From: a virus
Reading direction: 5' to 3' (one strand)
DNA length: 64,000 nt
IMG/VR virus record: IMGVR_UViG_3300010389_000007
Location: 20,835-84,834 of that record
Shown: one piece after another, positions 49,486-59,448 of the stretch
How positions within the stretch are numbered: the stretch's first letter is position 1
How the letters are laid out: each line of letters starts with the position of its first letter
Made by a program: the position numbers and the translations under genes
Notes under the pieces: generated by a model
The model's input: the letters and a program-made list of their open reading frames with translations, nothing else
What the model was told of the DNA's origin: nothing
The model's database searches: none

Positions 49486-50210
49486 CCGAAAAAACTTGAG
49501 AGACCCTCCAGAACAATTTCATTATCCTTTCCAGTTACTGGATTGGTTACTGTCATAGTGTGAGTTAATTTTGGCATGGTGTTGAAGAAGTTTTCAACCT
49601 GCTTAAATTGTGATGAGTCAAAAGTTTGTAACCACTCAACAAGTTCTTTCTTTGTAACATCACTAGCAGACCATGATTCATCTTTGGTGTATACCATGTC
49701 AACACATGATGCCACAATGTCAAAGGATCTATCAATAGTTTCTCTACTATCATTAGTTTCAAAATTGAAGTTATTGTCAATGAACTCCTGCAGAGAAGGA
49801 TACTTCATCTTCAGGACGATCTGATCATCAACTTTAATCTCTGAGGTATGTTCCTCAGGGAACTTAACCTCAATCTCTCTAATATCTACTGTACAATCTA
49901 CCTGAGTTACTCCATCATCAGGACATGTAACTAAAAGTTCTACTGCCTCACCAACTGACTTTGCTCTAATGTTGAGAAACAGATATTCAATATCAAAACT
50001 TGGAAGAGTATCAATCTTAACTCCTCTTGTCAAGATACAATCTTTTAGGACTGTCTTGACTGCTCTAGTGATCTCAGATGACTCACCACTTTCCATGGCA
50101 AGGATCAATACCTTTTCTTCCTTGACCAAGAAAGGTCTATATGTAATTTTCTTTTTGTTTGAAGGTAGAATCAACTCATAAGTTGGAGTTGCAATCTTAG
50201 GTAAAGGCAT
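49482..50210 (-). CDS. gp26: Baseplate hub assembly chaperone gp26
   Basis: MPLPKI.TPTYEL..PS....YRPFLVKEEK.L...FDIEYLFL.IRAKSVGE. Confidence 0.9.
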   Translation of the reverse strand: MPLPKIATPTYELILPSNKKKITYRPFLVKEEKVLILAMESGESSEITRAVKTVLKDCILTRGVKIDTLPSFDIEYLFLNIRAKSVGEAVELLVTCPDDGVTQVDCTVDIREIEVKFPEEHTSEIKVDDQIVLKMKYPSLQEFIDNNFNFETNDSRETIDRSFDIVASCVDMVYTKDESWSASDVTKKELVEWLQTFDSSQFKQVENFFNTMPKLTHTMTVTNPVTGKDNEIVLEGLSSFFG

Positions 50211-50236
50211 AATGTCCTATAGATGTTTCAGTGTGA

Positions 50237-51094
50237 TTATTTATCCAGCAATTCACGTTGTCTTTGGTATGTACTTAGGAGATCATTAGATGAATCACTC
50301 TTAAATCTACCTGGAACATTTTCTGCTCCACCAAAGGATTGTTCAAATCCTTGTGTATATGCTCTAGCATATTCTTCTGGACTTAGGAGACTTCCTCTTA
50401 TTGGATTATCTGAATTAGTAGAAGAAAGTGGTGTTTCTACAGGATCTACTCCTGGACCAGATACTCTTCCACCACCTGTTGGGTTGTTATTAAACCTATC
50501 AGATTTATAATTATAAACATCATACTGAAATGTAACTGTTGTCTTTAGAATAGATGTCCCTTCATAAGAAACAGGAATGGATATTAAGTTAGATGGCCAA
50601 GCATTTCTTAGAGTATAAGTAACAGATTTTTTTGGTGCTGTACCAGCCTGTGTGGTCAACCTCTTGCCTGGAGAATGGAATTCTCTTTCAAATTTTGTTA
50701 TTAAAACTTCCTTTCTATATTGTGTTGGATATTTGTGTTCTACATAAGAATCTCCAATTTCTCCACGATTCTCAGAAATATAATCTATCCAAGACTGAAA
50801 ATAATTTATAACTTTATAATCTTTATCAACATAAAAACTTACATCTACTGGAGGATAAGATCTTCTTGTTGGGTAATACTCTGTTCTGCCTTGTCTATCA
50901 CCATATACAGTTCCTAATTCATATGATGTTCCTGGGAGAACTGCTTCATATGCCATAAAGTTGACATCTGTATTGGTAGATCCACCACCAGACCATCCTA
51001 TCCAAACATCAAATGTGTTTGTAAGTGCAGGTTTGAATTTTTTTACCAGACTATCAGTTGTGTAATATAGGTTTGTGTATGGATTAACTGACAT
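50237..51094 (-). CDS. Tail tube family protein (gp19/gp54-like)
   Basis: AVLPG...VSFYVD.DY...FQSWID...L.NAWP..L...VSY...VTFQY. Confidence 0.7.
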   Translation of the reverse strand: MSVNPYTNLYYTTDSLVKKFKPALTNTFDVWIGWSGGGSTNTDVNFMAYEAVLPGTSYELGTVYGDRQGRTEYYPTRRSYPPVDVSFYVDKDYKVINYFQSWIDYISENRGEIGDSYVEHKYPTQYRKEVLITKFEREFHSPGKRLTTQAGTAPKKSVTYTLRNAWPSNLISIPVSYEGTSILKTTVTFQYDVYNYKSDRFNNNPTGGGRVSGPGVDPVETPLSSTNSDNPIRGSLLSPEEYARAYTQGFEQSFGGAENVPGRFKSDSSNDLLSTYQRQRELLDK

Positions 51095-51124
51095 CTAAAT
51101 AGTGAGAGTGTTCCTATATTATGT

Positions 51125-51559
51125 ATGAGCTATAAAGGAAGATTTAAACCATCCTTCCCAGAAAAATATATTGGAGACCCAAACAATGTAATCTACAGGT
51201 CTCTGTGGGAATTGAAGTTCATGAATTACTGTGACAGAAATGAGAATATATTGAAGTGGTCTAGTGAAGAGATATGGATTCCATACCTATCACCACTAGA
51301 TAATAGAATACACAAATACTTTCCAGACTTTTACATTAAGTATGTTGATAAAAACAAAGTCACCAAAGAAAGTTTAATTGAAGTGAAACCAAAGAGACAA
51401 GTTAATGGTCCCAAAACTGGTAAGAGAGTGACCAAGAAACAACTTGTTGAAGTTAGAGAGTATGCAAAGAATCAAGCAAAGTGGAAAGCAGCAAAGGAAT
51501 TCTGTGCTGATAGAAGATGGGATTTTCAAATATTGACGGAGGATAACCTTGGCGTATAA
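51125..51559 (+). CDS. gp4: Head completion nuclease gp4
   Basis: YKGRFKP..PEKY.GD...YRSLWE...WSSEE...YFPDF...EVKP...NQAKWKAA. Confidence 0.93.
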   Translation: MSYKGRFKPSFPEKYIGDPNNVIYRSLWELKFMNYCDRNENILKWSSEEIWIPYLSPLDNRIHKYFPDFYIKYVDKNKVTKESLIEVKPKRQVNGPKTGKRVTKKQLVEVREYAKNQAKWKAAKEFCADRRWDFQILTEDNLGV

Positions 51560-52106
51560 AACAATCTTTGAACAAGTCAAAGAGTATGCCCCATCAAATC
51601 CAACAAGAGAATGGTACAGAACAGAAGTGTTTGGTGCCAAGACCATTCAATATGAGAATGATCCTACAGCATTAATAAGAGAAGAACAATCAGATGATGC
51701 AGGTGATGTTCTTCAAAGAGATACAAATGTAATGAGGGTTTATCCCAGAATCTTTAGCCTAATGCTCTATGGATATAAAGCAAAGTATAGAGAAGAACTT
51801 CCATTCTATGATAAGTATCCACTAGCATTTGTCTTGGATGTACAACCCAAGTCCTTCTTTGCTATAAATCTACATTACTATACACCATCACAAAGAATAG
51901 GAATAGTTCAAAATTTAGCAGAAAATAAGATTCCAAGATTTGAAAAAGGAGCACATAAATATTTACTATCAGAGGTAAGAACTCCTTATCTACATCTTGC
52001 TCAACAAGAATGGGAAACCATATGCATTTTACCACTAGAAGAATTTGTTATGGACTTGGGTGGAGTAGAAGTACCAATTCCATCAAATAAGGTGTGGGGT
52101 AGATAA
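51549..52106 (+). CDS. gp2: DNA end protector gp2 (TTG start, GGAGG RBS)
   Basis: YKAKY...LPFYDKYPL...INLHY...HKYL...LPLEEF. Confidence 0.85.
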   Translation: MAYKTIFEQVKEYAPSNPTREWYRTEVFGAKTIQYENDPTALIREEQSDDAGDVLQRDTNVMRVYPRIFSLMLYGYKAKYREELPFYDKYPLAFVLDVQPKSFFAINLHYYTPSQRIGIVQNLAENKIPRFEKGAHKYLLSEVRTPYLHLAQQEWETICILPLEEFVMDLGGVEVPIPSNKVWGR

Positions 52107-53792
52107 ATGGGAATAGTCAGCGGAGACAAAGGTGTAGGTGGAGGATGGTATCAGGATCCAGATAATCCAGATATCTATAGATCTTACATAAATCAAAAGG
52201 CTGCTGGAAGTTCAGGAGTTAGGGATTACATATATGAATTTAATATTAGAACTGGAAGTTCAAATGTTTTAACAAATGCTGCTACAAGATCTTCTATTTG
52301 GACTACAAATGGTAGCGATGGGAAGCAAGCAAATGTAAACAGTGATCTAATAAAAGAGTATAAAGAATCATTTGGATTAGATGTAACTGCATTAAGAAAA
52401 ATAGATCAATATTATGCTGAATCTGCTGTAGATAAATTTGCTACAGGACCACAGAAAGAACGATTAAATAAATTAGGAAGATTCAATACAGAACAAGAAA
52501 CCCCATCCCCATCTCCTAATGGTGGAGGCAACCCAGATGCTGGAGGAGCTAATACAAGACAACCTACATCAGAATCAGGTGCAAAGTTTCCCTTTGGTTC
52601 TTTAAGAACTGTAAACAACTTTAATAAAGGTGACACTGGATATCAAAACTTTAAGTATCCAACCACTATAGAGAGTGGGCAAGATTATATGATAATCAAT
52701 ATATTTAATTATAAGGTTGCAGATATATTTGGTTCTGGTGGTGTTGCTAATATAAGTCCTGGAGCATTTTTAGAAGGGCAAAGTTTATCCTCTAGACAGT
52801 TTAACGAGCTTAAAGAATCTCTGGCAAATATAAGACTCCCTGTTCCAAATAATATAATGGAAGCAAACCAAACAAAATGGGGATCTAAAGAACTAAACAA
52901 TCTTGCTGCTGGTTTATTGGCTGGTGCTACTGGAACAGTGGCAGGTGTTGCAGAAACAGATTTTATGACTGCTAGAGAATATACTAGGGACACAGTTAAA
53001 AGTATTCTAGAAGGAAACACCCCAGGAAAAACTCTCATAAAACAAAAATTAACTTTAGGTGCTGCATCAACTTTAATCAATAAACTTGGAGTTAAAGTTG
53101 ATGCTGAAGCATTTAGGGCAAGAGCAACTGGAACAGTAGTCAATCCAAATCTAGAATTACTTTTCAATGGACCTGCGTTGAGAGCATTCCAATTCCAATA
53201 TAAACTAACACCAAGAAGTTTAGAAGAAGCAAAGCAAATAAGAGGAATAATAAAAACATTCAAGAAAGCAATGGCTCCTAAAAGAGGAACTGCTACAGAG
53301 GATGCTTTTTTCCTTGGTGCACCTAATGTGTTTCAACTTAAATTCATGAGGGGAACTGGAGAAAATAAATATCTCCCATCAATTAAAACTTGTGCACTAA
53401 CAAACTTCTCTGCAAACTATACTGCTGATGGATTCTATTCTGCATACTATGATGGACAACCAATCTCAATTGATATTGTCTTACAGTTTGCTGAACTGAC
53501 TCCTATATACAATGATCATTATACAATTGATACTGATAGTGTTGGATTTAGGGCAGACTTAAATGAGTTAGAGAAGTCAACAACTGCCCCAGTAACAAGT
53601 GAACCTGCAGCAGAACCACCTGCAGACCCAGGACCCTCAAGAGGTGGAACATCAGGGGCAGTTGCTCCAGCTACAAGAATATTCCAACCAGGAGGACCAA
53701 CAGCAATTCCTGGAGATCCTGGAACACCACAACCAGGATCAGGAAGACCTGGATCAGAACCTGTGTACACAGGAGGAGTAAGAGGAATTTAA
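52107..53792 (+). CDS. gp48: Baseplate tail tube cap gp48
   Basis: LPVP...NPNLELLF.GP.LR.F.F.YKL.PRS..EA..I..II..FK...CALT...F.EL.PIY. Confidence 0.88.
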   Translation: MGIVSGDKGVGGGWYQDPDNPDIYRSYINQKAAGSSGVRDYIYEFNIRTGSSNVLTNAATRSSIWTTNGSDGKQANVNSDLIKEYKESFGLDVTALRKIDQYYAESAVDKFATGPQKERLNKLGRFNTEQETPSPSPNGGGNPDAGGANTRQPTSESGAKFPFGSLRTVNNFNKGDTGYQNFKYPTTIESGQDYMIINIFNYKVADIFGSGGVANISPGAFLEGQSLSSRQFNELKESLANIRLPVPNNIMEANQTKWGSKELNNLAAGLLAGATGTVAGVAETDFMTAREYTRDTVKSILEGNTPGKTLIKQKLTLGAASTLINKLGVKVDAEAFRARATGTVVNPNLELLFNGPALRAFQFQYKLTPRSLEEAKQIRGIIKTFKKAMAPKRGTATEDAFFLGAPNVFQLKFMRGTGENKYLPSIKTCALTNFSANYTADGFYSAYYDGQPISIDIVLQFAELTPIYNDHYTIDTDSVGFRADLNELEKSTTAPVTSEPAAEPPADPGPSRGGTSGAVAPATRIFQPGGPTAIPGDPGTPQPGSGRPGSEPVYTGGVRGI

Positions 53793-53795
53793 ATT

Positions 53796-54566
53796 ATGTC
53801 ATACTTCAGAAACTTTTCAGACTTCTTATACCAGTCTCCCCTATCATCAAGAACATCATCTTCTGATTATATCAGAGTAAAAAATATATTTCGTAGAGCA
53901 AAGATCAGAGATGATATCTTCCAAGCAGCAGTAGCATTTGATAAGTATCAAATTGTTGGTGAGGAAAGACCTGATCAAATTGCAGAAAAGATTTATGGAA
54001 GTCCTCAATATGATTGGGTAGTTTTACTTTCAAATAATATTATTAACTTAAGAGAAGAATGGCCTCTTTCTGACAGTGAATTTAATAACTACATTGCAAC
54101 TAAGTATACAGCAGATGAGTTAGGTGAAGTCCATCATTATGAAACAGTTCAGCATCTTGATACCAGGGGAAAAATGATTGTACCTGCTGGAAAAATTGTT
54201 GACTCAGACTTTAGTGTAACTTATTTTGATTATGAAGTGGAGCAGCAGAATGTATTAAGTGTTCCATACACATTTGATTCAAGTACAACCACATTTGATT
54301 CTACCACTGTAAGATTTGATATGGAAGAACAGATTGAAACTATTCAGGGAACTGCATATACAATTAATCCAGTTAAAGCAATCAGTGTTTATGATCATGA
54401 AATTGCTAGAAATGAAGAGAAGAGAAACATTTATGTTCTGAAGAGAAGATATCTCCAGACAATCATTGATGACTTTGAAGATATTATGAACTATGGATTC
54501 TCTTCTCAGTATGTAGATAGGACAACAAAAAGGGGAGACAACTTAAGAGTCATCTCCCCAAGGTAA
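53796..54566 (+). CDS. gp53: Baseplate wedge gp53
   Basis: YF..F....Y...KNIFRR...ERPDQIA..IYG...DWVVLL.NNI...WPL...HHYET. Confidence 0.9.
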   Translation: MSYFRNFSDFLYQSPLSSRTSSSDYIRVKNIFRRAKIRDDIFQAAVAFDKYQIVGEERPDQIAEKIYGSPQYDWVVLLSNNIINLREEWPLSDSEFNNYIATKYTADELGEVHHYETVQHLDTRGKMIVPAGKIVDSDFSVTYFDYEVEQQNVLSVPYTFDSSTTTFDSTTVRFDMEEQIETIQGTAYTINPVKAISVYDHEIARNEEKRNIYVLKRRYLQTIIDDFEDIMNYGFSSQYVDRTTKRGDNLRVISPR

Positions 54567-55490
54567 TCATTCTTCTGCCAGTCTCTGGAAGTAACTCAGA
54601 GCATCATCTTCATCTTCATCAGAAGAGGATGAACTTGCCTGATAGCTGGTCCCACCATACTTTCCCTCAGAAACTTCTTCCCTAGAAGGAACAGGACCAC
54701 GATCCTCTTCTTCATCTTCAAAGGATTCATCAACCTTGGGTGCAGCTTTCTGACCAAGGACAGACTTCAGACGATTATCAAGTTGTTCATAGGACTTGAA
54801 CTTGTCTGCATTAACAAAGTCCTCAAGAGAGTATGCTTTCTTCCAGATTCCCTCTAGAACATCATCATCAAAGTCACCAAGAGTAGAGGTTGATTCAAAC
54901 TCAGAACTATCATAGTTCCAATAACCAGCAACCTTCTTGATCTTCACCTTGAAGTTTGCACCATTCCAAAAATCAAAGGGATCAATTGGAGTCTCATCAT
55001 CAAACTCAGGTTGCATAGCAGCAGAGATCTTGTCAAAGATCTTCTTGCCATACTTGAACAGGAATACTTTACCCTCATTCTCAGGGTGTGCTTTATCACT
55101 CACAACATAGATGTTGGAGTAGTAAGAGAGTTTACGCTTCCTTTGACGTACAATCTCTTGGTTTGCTTTGCTACCAGTGTTCCACAACTCACGGTTTGCT
55201 TCACACACTGGGCAACTCTGACCAACAGTGGTCAGACAGTTATCAATAAACCATCCACCATTTCCTTGGAAGGCATGAGTATAAACTTTTGCCCAAGGAA
55301 GCTCCTCATTAGCAGGAGCAGGGAGGAAACGAATAACTGCAAATCCATTGCCTGCTTTATCTACTTCAGGTTTCCAGATGCGCTCATCAGCACCACCTGA
55401 ACCTGAGGTATTCATCTTCTCCACTTCTTGAACCAGTTTAGAAGTCAGAGAACCAAGCTTGGATTTCTTTTTAAGGTCTGCAAAAGACAT
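54567..55490 (-). CDS. gp32: Single-stranded DNA-binding protein gp32
   Basis: DKAGNGFAVIRFLPA, DNCLTT...CPVCE, FKYGKKIFDKI, acidic tail. Confidence 0.95.
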   Translation of the reverse strand: MSFADLKKKSKLGSLTSKLVQEVEKMNTSGSGGADERIWKPEVDKAGNGFAVIRFLPAPANEELPWAKVYTHAFQGNGGWFIDNCLTTVGQSCPVCEANRELWNTGSKANQEIVRQRKRKLSYYSNIYVVSDKAHPENEGKVFLFKYGKKIFDKISAAMQPEFDDETPIDPFDFWNGANFKVKIKKVAGYWNYDSSEFESTSTLGDFDDDVLEGIWKKAYSLEDFVNADKFKSYEQLDNRLKSVLGQKAAPKVDESFEDEEEDRGPVPSREEVSEGKYGGTSYQASSSSSDEDEDDALSYFQRLAEE

Positions 55491-55546
55491 TAGATTACCT
55501 CGGATTGAAAGGATTGTTTGGATTGGATCTGATTGATCACAGGACT

Positions 55547-55584
55547 ATCATACCCTGAGGAGACAGTCCTGTCAAGGTATTTAT
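55547..55584 (-). promoter_or_regulatory. Tandem late (ATAAATA) and sigma70 (TTGACA-17-TATGAT) promoters of gp32
   Basis: Direct motif match. Confidence 0.75.
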
Positions 55585-55916
55585 CTTTCTCTTATTGCAG
55601 TTTTCCTGAGACCATCAACTGTAGCCTTCATGGTTTTGAATACCTCATGGATGTCAGGGGTATCACCAAACCCTAGTAGTTGAGCAGAGTCTCTCATCTG
55701 CTGCTTCATTTGGAGTGCCTCTGGATCATCAGACAAGCAGAGTCTGGTGTAGATAATCTCCTGCTTCTCCAAAAGTTTCTCTAGCAAATCAATGTGTGCT
55801 AGTTTTTCTGCAGTTGTCATTGCAAAGAAAGCAGGCAACTCCTTAACAATCTGTCTCTGAATTTCAGAGATAGATTTCATATCTTCTTTAACCATGTCTG
55901 AATCAAAAAAAGACAT
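55581..55916 (-). CDS. DUF1825-like protein
   Basis: FFDSDMV...LLEKQ...YTRL.LSDDP.A. Confidence 0.75.
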   Translation of the reverse strand: MSFFDSDMVKEDMKSISEIQRQIVKELPAFFAMTTAEKLAHIDLLEKLLEKQEIIYTRLCLSDDPEALQMKQQMRDSAQLLGFGDTPDIHEVFKTMKATVDGLRKTAIRER

Positions 55917-55918
55917 TA

Positions 55919-56512
55919 TTAACCTCCTACAACAGTACTCTTTAAAATTTTTCTGTACTTGAATATATCAATATTTAGAAATGGGGAATATTTCTTGAGT
56001 TTCATAGAGACAGATTCCCAAATAGGATCCAAAAGTTTCTTGTCAAAATTACTCCCGAACAGGAATATTCTATCATAGATCACTAGTGTTTCCATAGAAA
56101 TTTTCCCGCTCAGGAACTTTTTTAAAATGATTGGGTGACCTTTAGTACAATCAAATACATCATCCACTTTGTATTCTGAGAATAATTCCTCAGACTCTTG
56201 TGTAAAAATGTACTGTAGACTTTGCTGTCTCTTGTTCCACTCTTGATAGTAAGTATCCCCTGACCTAATTACACTACCAATCCATAAACTGTTTGGATCA
56301 TCTGCAGCTACAAAATTAGCGATGAAGAAGTTTTTAATTTCCTCATCGCTCTTTTGTCTACTAAGTTTTTCAAACCAGTACTTGTCCTTTCTTTTATTGA
56401 AGGTTGCTACTGATGCCCTAGACTTACCTGCATACTTATGATAATCATACTTCTCTTTACTAAAGTGATTCTTCAGTGCAAGGTATTGCTTGTAAGCATC
56501 AAAGGGTGTCAT
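55919..56512 (-). CDS. gp59: Helicase loader gp59
   Basis: YLALKNHF...YDY.KY.G...F.KRKDKY.FEKLS. Confidence 0.9.
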   Translation of the reverse strand: MTPFDAYKQYLALKNHFSKEKYDYHKYAGKSRASVATFNKRKDKYWFEKLSRQKSDEEIKNFFIANFVAADDPNSLWIGSVIRSGDTYYQEWNKRQQSLQYIFTQESEELFSEYKVDDVFDCTKGHPIILKKFLSGKISMETLVIYDRIFLFGSNFDKKLLDPIWESVSMKLKKYSPFLNIDIFKYRKILKSTVVGG

Positions 56513-56766
56513 ATAACAAGTTTTGCTCTAGATGTTCTCTTCAAGAAATTCAAATTAATAGCATCACACTTAAGTTTTTCTTTGAGTGGTTTGCTAACTA
56601 ACTTACCTACAGATTCTACCTCAATATTGTTCTGTTCGCAATAGTAGATGATAGCATCAATGTAGTTCATGTCTTTGTTGACTTTGACAATCTCTTCAAT
56701 GATCTGAGAAAACTTTGCTTGACACAAAAACTTTGATTCTAGTGCAGACTTTAATTTACTTTCCAT
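56509..56766 (-). CDS. gp33: Late transcription coactivator gp33
   Basis: YIDAI..YCE.N.IE.E...KL.SKPLKEKL..DA..LNFL. Confidence 0.9.
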   Translation of the reverse strand: MESKLKSALESKFLCQAKFSQIIEEIVKVNKDMNYIDAIIYYCEQNNIEVESVGKLVSKPLKEKLKCDAINLNFLKRTSRAKLVI

Positions 56767-57436
56767 ATTCTTTTAGTTTTGATTCTATAAAATCCTTAAT
56801 GTAATGTGTCAGAAGTTTCATGTACTTGAGTTTATCATACTCCTCATAAACAACGCAATCCCCATCTTCACATGCCATTAGAATAACTAGTTTCTTAACA
56901 GGAATACCAGTGAGTTCATAGAACATGCAAGCATATGCTGCTGCCTGAACAAAATAATGTTCAATCCATTCTCTGGGTTTTGCTTTCTTTGAAGTCTTAA
57001 AGTCTATTACTGATAGTTCACCATTATACTCAGCAATGCAGTCTACTGTACCTGCTATGCCTAACTGCTGACTGTATAATGAAGATTCAAGTGCATAGAT
57101 ATTATTTATCTTTTTTAATTCTGGAGTAATAATTCTAAAAAGATGCTTTGCAATTAAAGACTTCTCAGGAATCAAAGGCATGTTAAGAAGGTAATGCTCA
57201 ACCAGACTGTGGAGATCAGTGCCTCTACTAGTTGCCTGTTTGTTTACCCTATTAGCCTCTTCTTCTCCAACTCTTTTTCTCCAGTCTTCAAAGATATGTT
57301 TATTGTGGTGACTGGTGACAGAAGTAATGGAGACAAGTTTTACTAACTCATCTCCATCAGGGATTTTGTAGTATCTTACACCATCAATAGTCTCCCTATC
57401 TAACTTAGGGAGACTAATATCAACATGATTAAACAT
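56756..57436 (-). CDS. PD-(D/E)XK exonuclease (Cas4-like)
   Basis: SITSV, RGT.LH, AGTVDCIA, IDFKTS, YFVQ..AY. Confidence 0.88.
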   Translation of the reverse strand: MFNHVDISLPKLDRETIDGVRYYKIPDGDELVKLVSITSVTSHHNKHIFEDWRKRVGEEEANRVNKQATSRGTDLHSLVEHYLLNMPLIPEKSLIAKHLFRIITPELKKINNIYALESSLYSQQLGIAGTVDCIAEYNGELSVIDFKTSKKAKPREWIEHYFVQAAAYACMFYELTGIPVKKLVILMACEDGDCVVYEEYDKLKYMKLLTHYIKDFIESKLKEYGK

Positions 57437-58194
57437 TAAAAACCTGCTGCCATCTTATTAACAATGTAGGATTTAACTAGACCAGATCTAACAATGTCAT
57501 CAACACCAAATTCAATTGTCTCAAACTCTGGCATTCTTTCAATGATCTTCATGAAATCTAGGATTCCATTTCTCTCATTGGTCTTTGTAAGGTCTGACTG
57601 TCTTGCGTCTCCACAAAACACAATCCTTGAGTTGTCACCAACCCTAGTAATTATACTATCAAGTTCATGAAAGTTCAAGTTTTGACATTCATCAACAATG
57701 ATAATTGAGTTATCAAGAGTAGTACCTCTGATGAAAGAAGTAGACCAGAATGTAACTGTCTCTTGAGATCTTAAGTTGCCATACAGCATTTCAAAGTCTG
57801 CATCTGTTGGCATCTCAAACATGTACTTAACCATGTTCTTGTATGGGATCTGATACAAGGCTGACTTGTCATCATGATCACCAGGCAAGAAACCAATCTC
57901 TCTAGTAGCAACCAGAGATCTTACAATAACAATCTTTTGATATGGGGTGATTTCACTGAGGACATCTCTCAATGCATTGTAAAGTGCAATGAATGTCTTA
58001 CCAGTTCCTGCACAACCATATACAAAAAGATGTTTGTCTGAATTGTATGCTTCAAAAAATTTCTTTTGATTCTCTGAGGCAGGGGTAATATCCAGAAGGA
58101 AGTCTGTATTGATTGGTTTCCTTCTCTTCATTTGCTTTGCAGTCATGCCAATTCCAATTGGCTGATTGTCATTGCTTCTTTTTTTTCTTGCCAT
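57436..58194 (-). CDS. phoH: PhoH family protein
   Basis: GCAGTGKT, IGFLPG, FIRGTT, VDECQN, CGD..QSDL, DIVRSGLV. Confidence 0.95.
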   Translation of the reverse strand: MARKKRSNDNQPIGIGMTAKQMKRRKPINTDFLLDITPASENQKKFFEAYNSDKHLFVYGCAGTGKTFIALYNALRDVLSEITPYQKIVIVRSLVATREIGFLPGDHDDKSALYQIPYKNMVKYMFEMPTDADFEMLYGNLRSQETVTFWSTSFIRGTTLDNSIIIVDECQNLNFHELDSIITRVGDNSRIVFCGDARQSDLTKTNERNGILDFMKIIERMPEFETIEFGVDDIVRSGLVKSYIVNKMAAGF

Positions 58195-58436
58195 TAGATT
58201 TTCTTTACTCTAGAACCAGGGGCTTTTGATGCTTTATGGAGGACATCATTCCATCCAGGATTTTTGGAGACTAGTTTATTTCTCCAGTCTCCAGTTTCTC
58301 CTGGACTTGCACATCCTTCTGACCAATCCCTTTTCCATTCAGGATTGTCCTTGTACCATTGCTGAATGTCATTGACACTCATTTCAATCTCTTTCTTTTC
58401 CCCAGTATCTACATGAATAATAGGATAAATTGCCAT
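58194..58436 (-). CDS. Conserved cyanophage hypothetical protein
   Basis: YP....TGE.KE..MS...W..DNP.W.RDW...GWNDVL. Confidence 0.8.
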   Translation of the reverse strand: MAIYPIIHVDTGEKKEIEMSVNDIQQWYKDNPEWKRDWSEGCASPGETGDWRNKLVSKNPGWNDVLHKASKAPGSRVKKI

Positions 58437-58463
58437 ACTTTAAATCAATTATAAAGGTATTTA

Positions 58464-59099
58464 TTATTCCCAGTCAAGAGCTTCTGCAACTGTAGGGAAT
58501 TGTTGTTTAAAGATTTCCTTACAGGCAAGAGCAATATCCATGTGCTCCTTCTGAGTTCCATGAGCAGAACGAAGATCAATGTAATGAATCCAAGAGCGAC
58601 ATGAACCACTCATGTAGATTCTGGTAGGAGTGCAGAGTGGCAGCACATTACGAGCACACTCCTTTGCTACGCCCAACTCAAGCATTTGTTGGTACAATGC
58701 CATGGATGAACTGAACAGAGTTTGCATTTGCATTTGCAGTTTCTGGACAGTGAAGTCATCAAGATCATCAATAGAGTTTTGACGATTCTTGGTGTCTTGT
58801 CTACGAAGATCAGGTAGAGGAATATCTTTGCTCAGCAGAGAAGAATCTGCATAGCGTTGTGAAAATTCCTGGAAGGTAAAAGACCTATGACGCAAAATCT
58901 GAGCTGCTATTGCACGAGTAGTTTCAATCTCAAGGGTCATGAAACTTTGTTCAAATACAGACCAGTGATTATGCTTCACACAATACTTAAGGAGTCCAGC
59001 AACATTAGGGTTTTCTTGGTTGGCAGGATTACTAACTCTAGCAACATAACCCATGGTCTGTTCAGCATCAGGGGTAATTGAAACTAGTTTAACTGTCAT
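58464..59099 (-). CDS. thyX: Flavin-dependent thymidylate synthase
   Basis: HWSVFE, QILRHRSFTFQEFSQRY, GVAKECAR. Confidence 0.96.
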   Translation of the reverse strand: MTVKLVSITPDAEQTMGYVARVSNPANQENPNVAGLLKYCVKHNHWSVFEQSFMTLEIETTRAIAAQILRHRSFTFQEFSQRYADSSLLSKDIPLPDLRRQDTKNRQNSIDDLDDFTVQKLQMQMQTLFSSSMALYQQMLELGVAKECARNVLPLCTPTRIYMSGSCRSWIHYIDLRSAHGTQKEHMDIALACKEIFKQQFPTVAEALDWE

Positions 59100-59244
59100 T
59101 ACTTTCTCCTTTCATGTGTTTGAATTTAAGTGCTTTTTGGGCAAGTTTTTTTGCCTTCCTCATGTATCTGAGTTCTTCCTCATTATACATCCATGGTTGC
59201 TTCAATGCAATCTTTGACATTCTTACTGTGGTTTTGAAATCCAT
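59089..59244 (-). CDS. Hypothetical protein (51 aa)
   Basis: MDFKTTVRMSKIALKQPWMYNEEELRYMR. Confidence 0.65.
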   Translation of the reverse strand: MDFKTTVRMSKIALKQPWMYNEEELRYMRKAKKLAQKALKFKHMKGESNDS

Positions 59245-59245
59245 A

Positions 59246-59419
59246 TTAGTCTGGGTATCCATCATCATCAAAACATTCATCATAGTCCACAAAAGGAGTA
59301 ACTCTATCTCCCTTATCCTGTGGAACATATGATTCTACATCTGAATAAACTTCAGACTTTAAACTCTCAACTAATAGTTCTAGATTCTTTACTATTAGTT
59401 TTAACTTTTCTCTTTCCAT
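59246..59419 (-). CDS. Conserved cyanophage hypothetical protein (57 aa)
   Basis: Manual translation MEREKLKLIVKNLELLVESLKSEVYSD...DDDGYPD. Confidence 0.75.
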   Translation of the reverse strand: MEREKLKLIVKNLELLVESLKSEVYSDVESYVPQDKGDRVTPFVDYDECFDDDGYPD

Positions 59420-59448
59420 ATCCAATACGAAGATACCTAATTCTAGAT

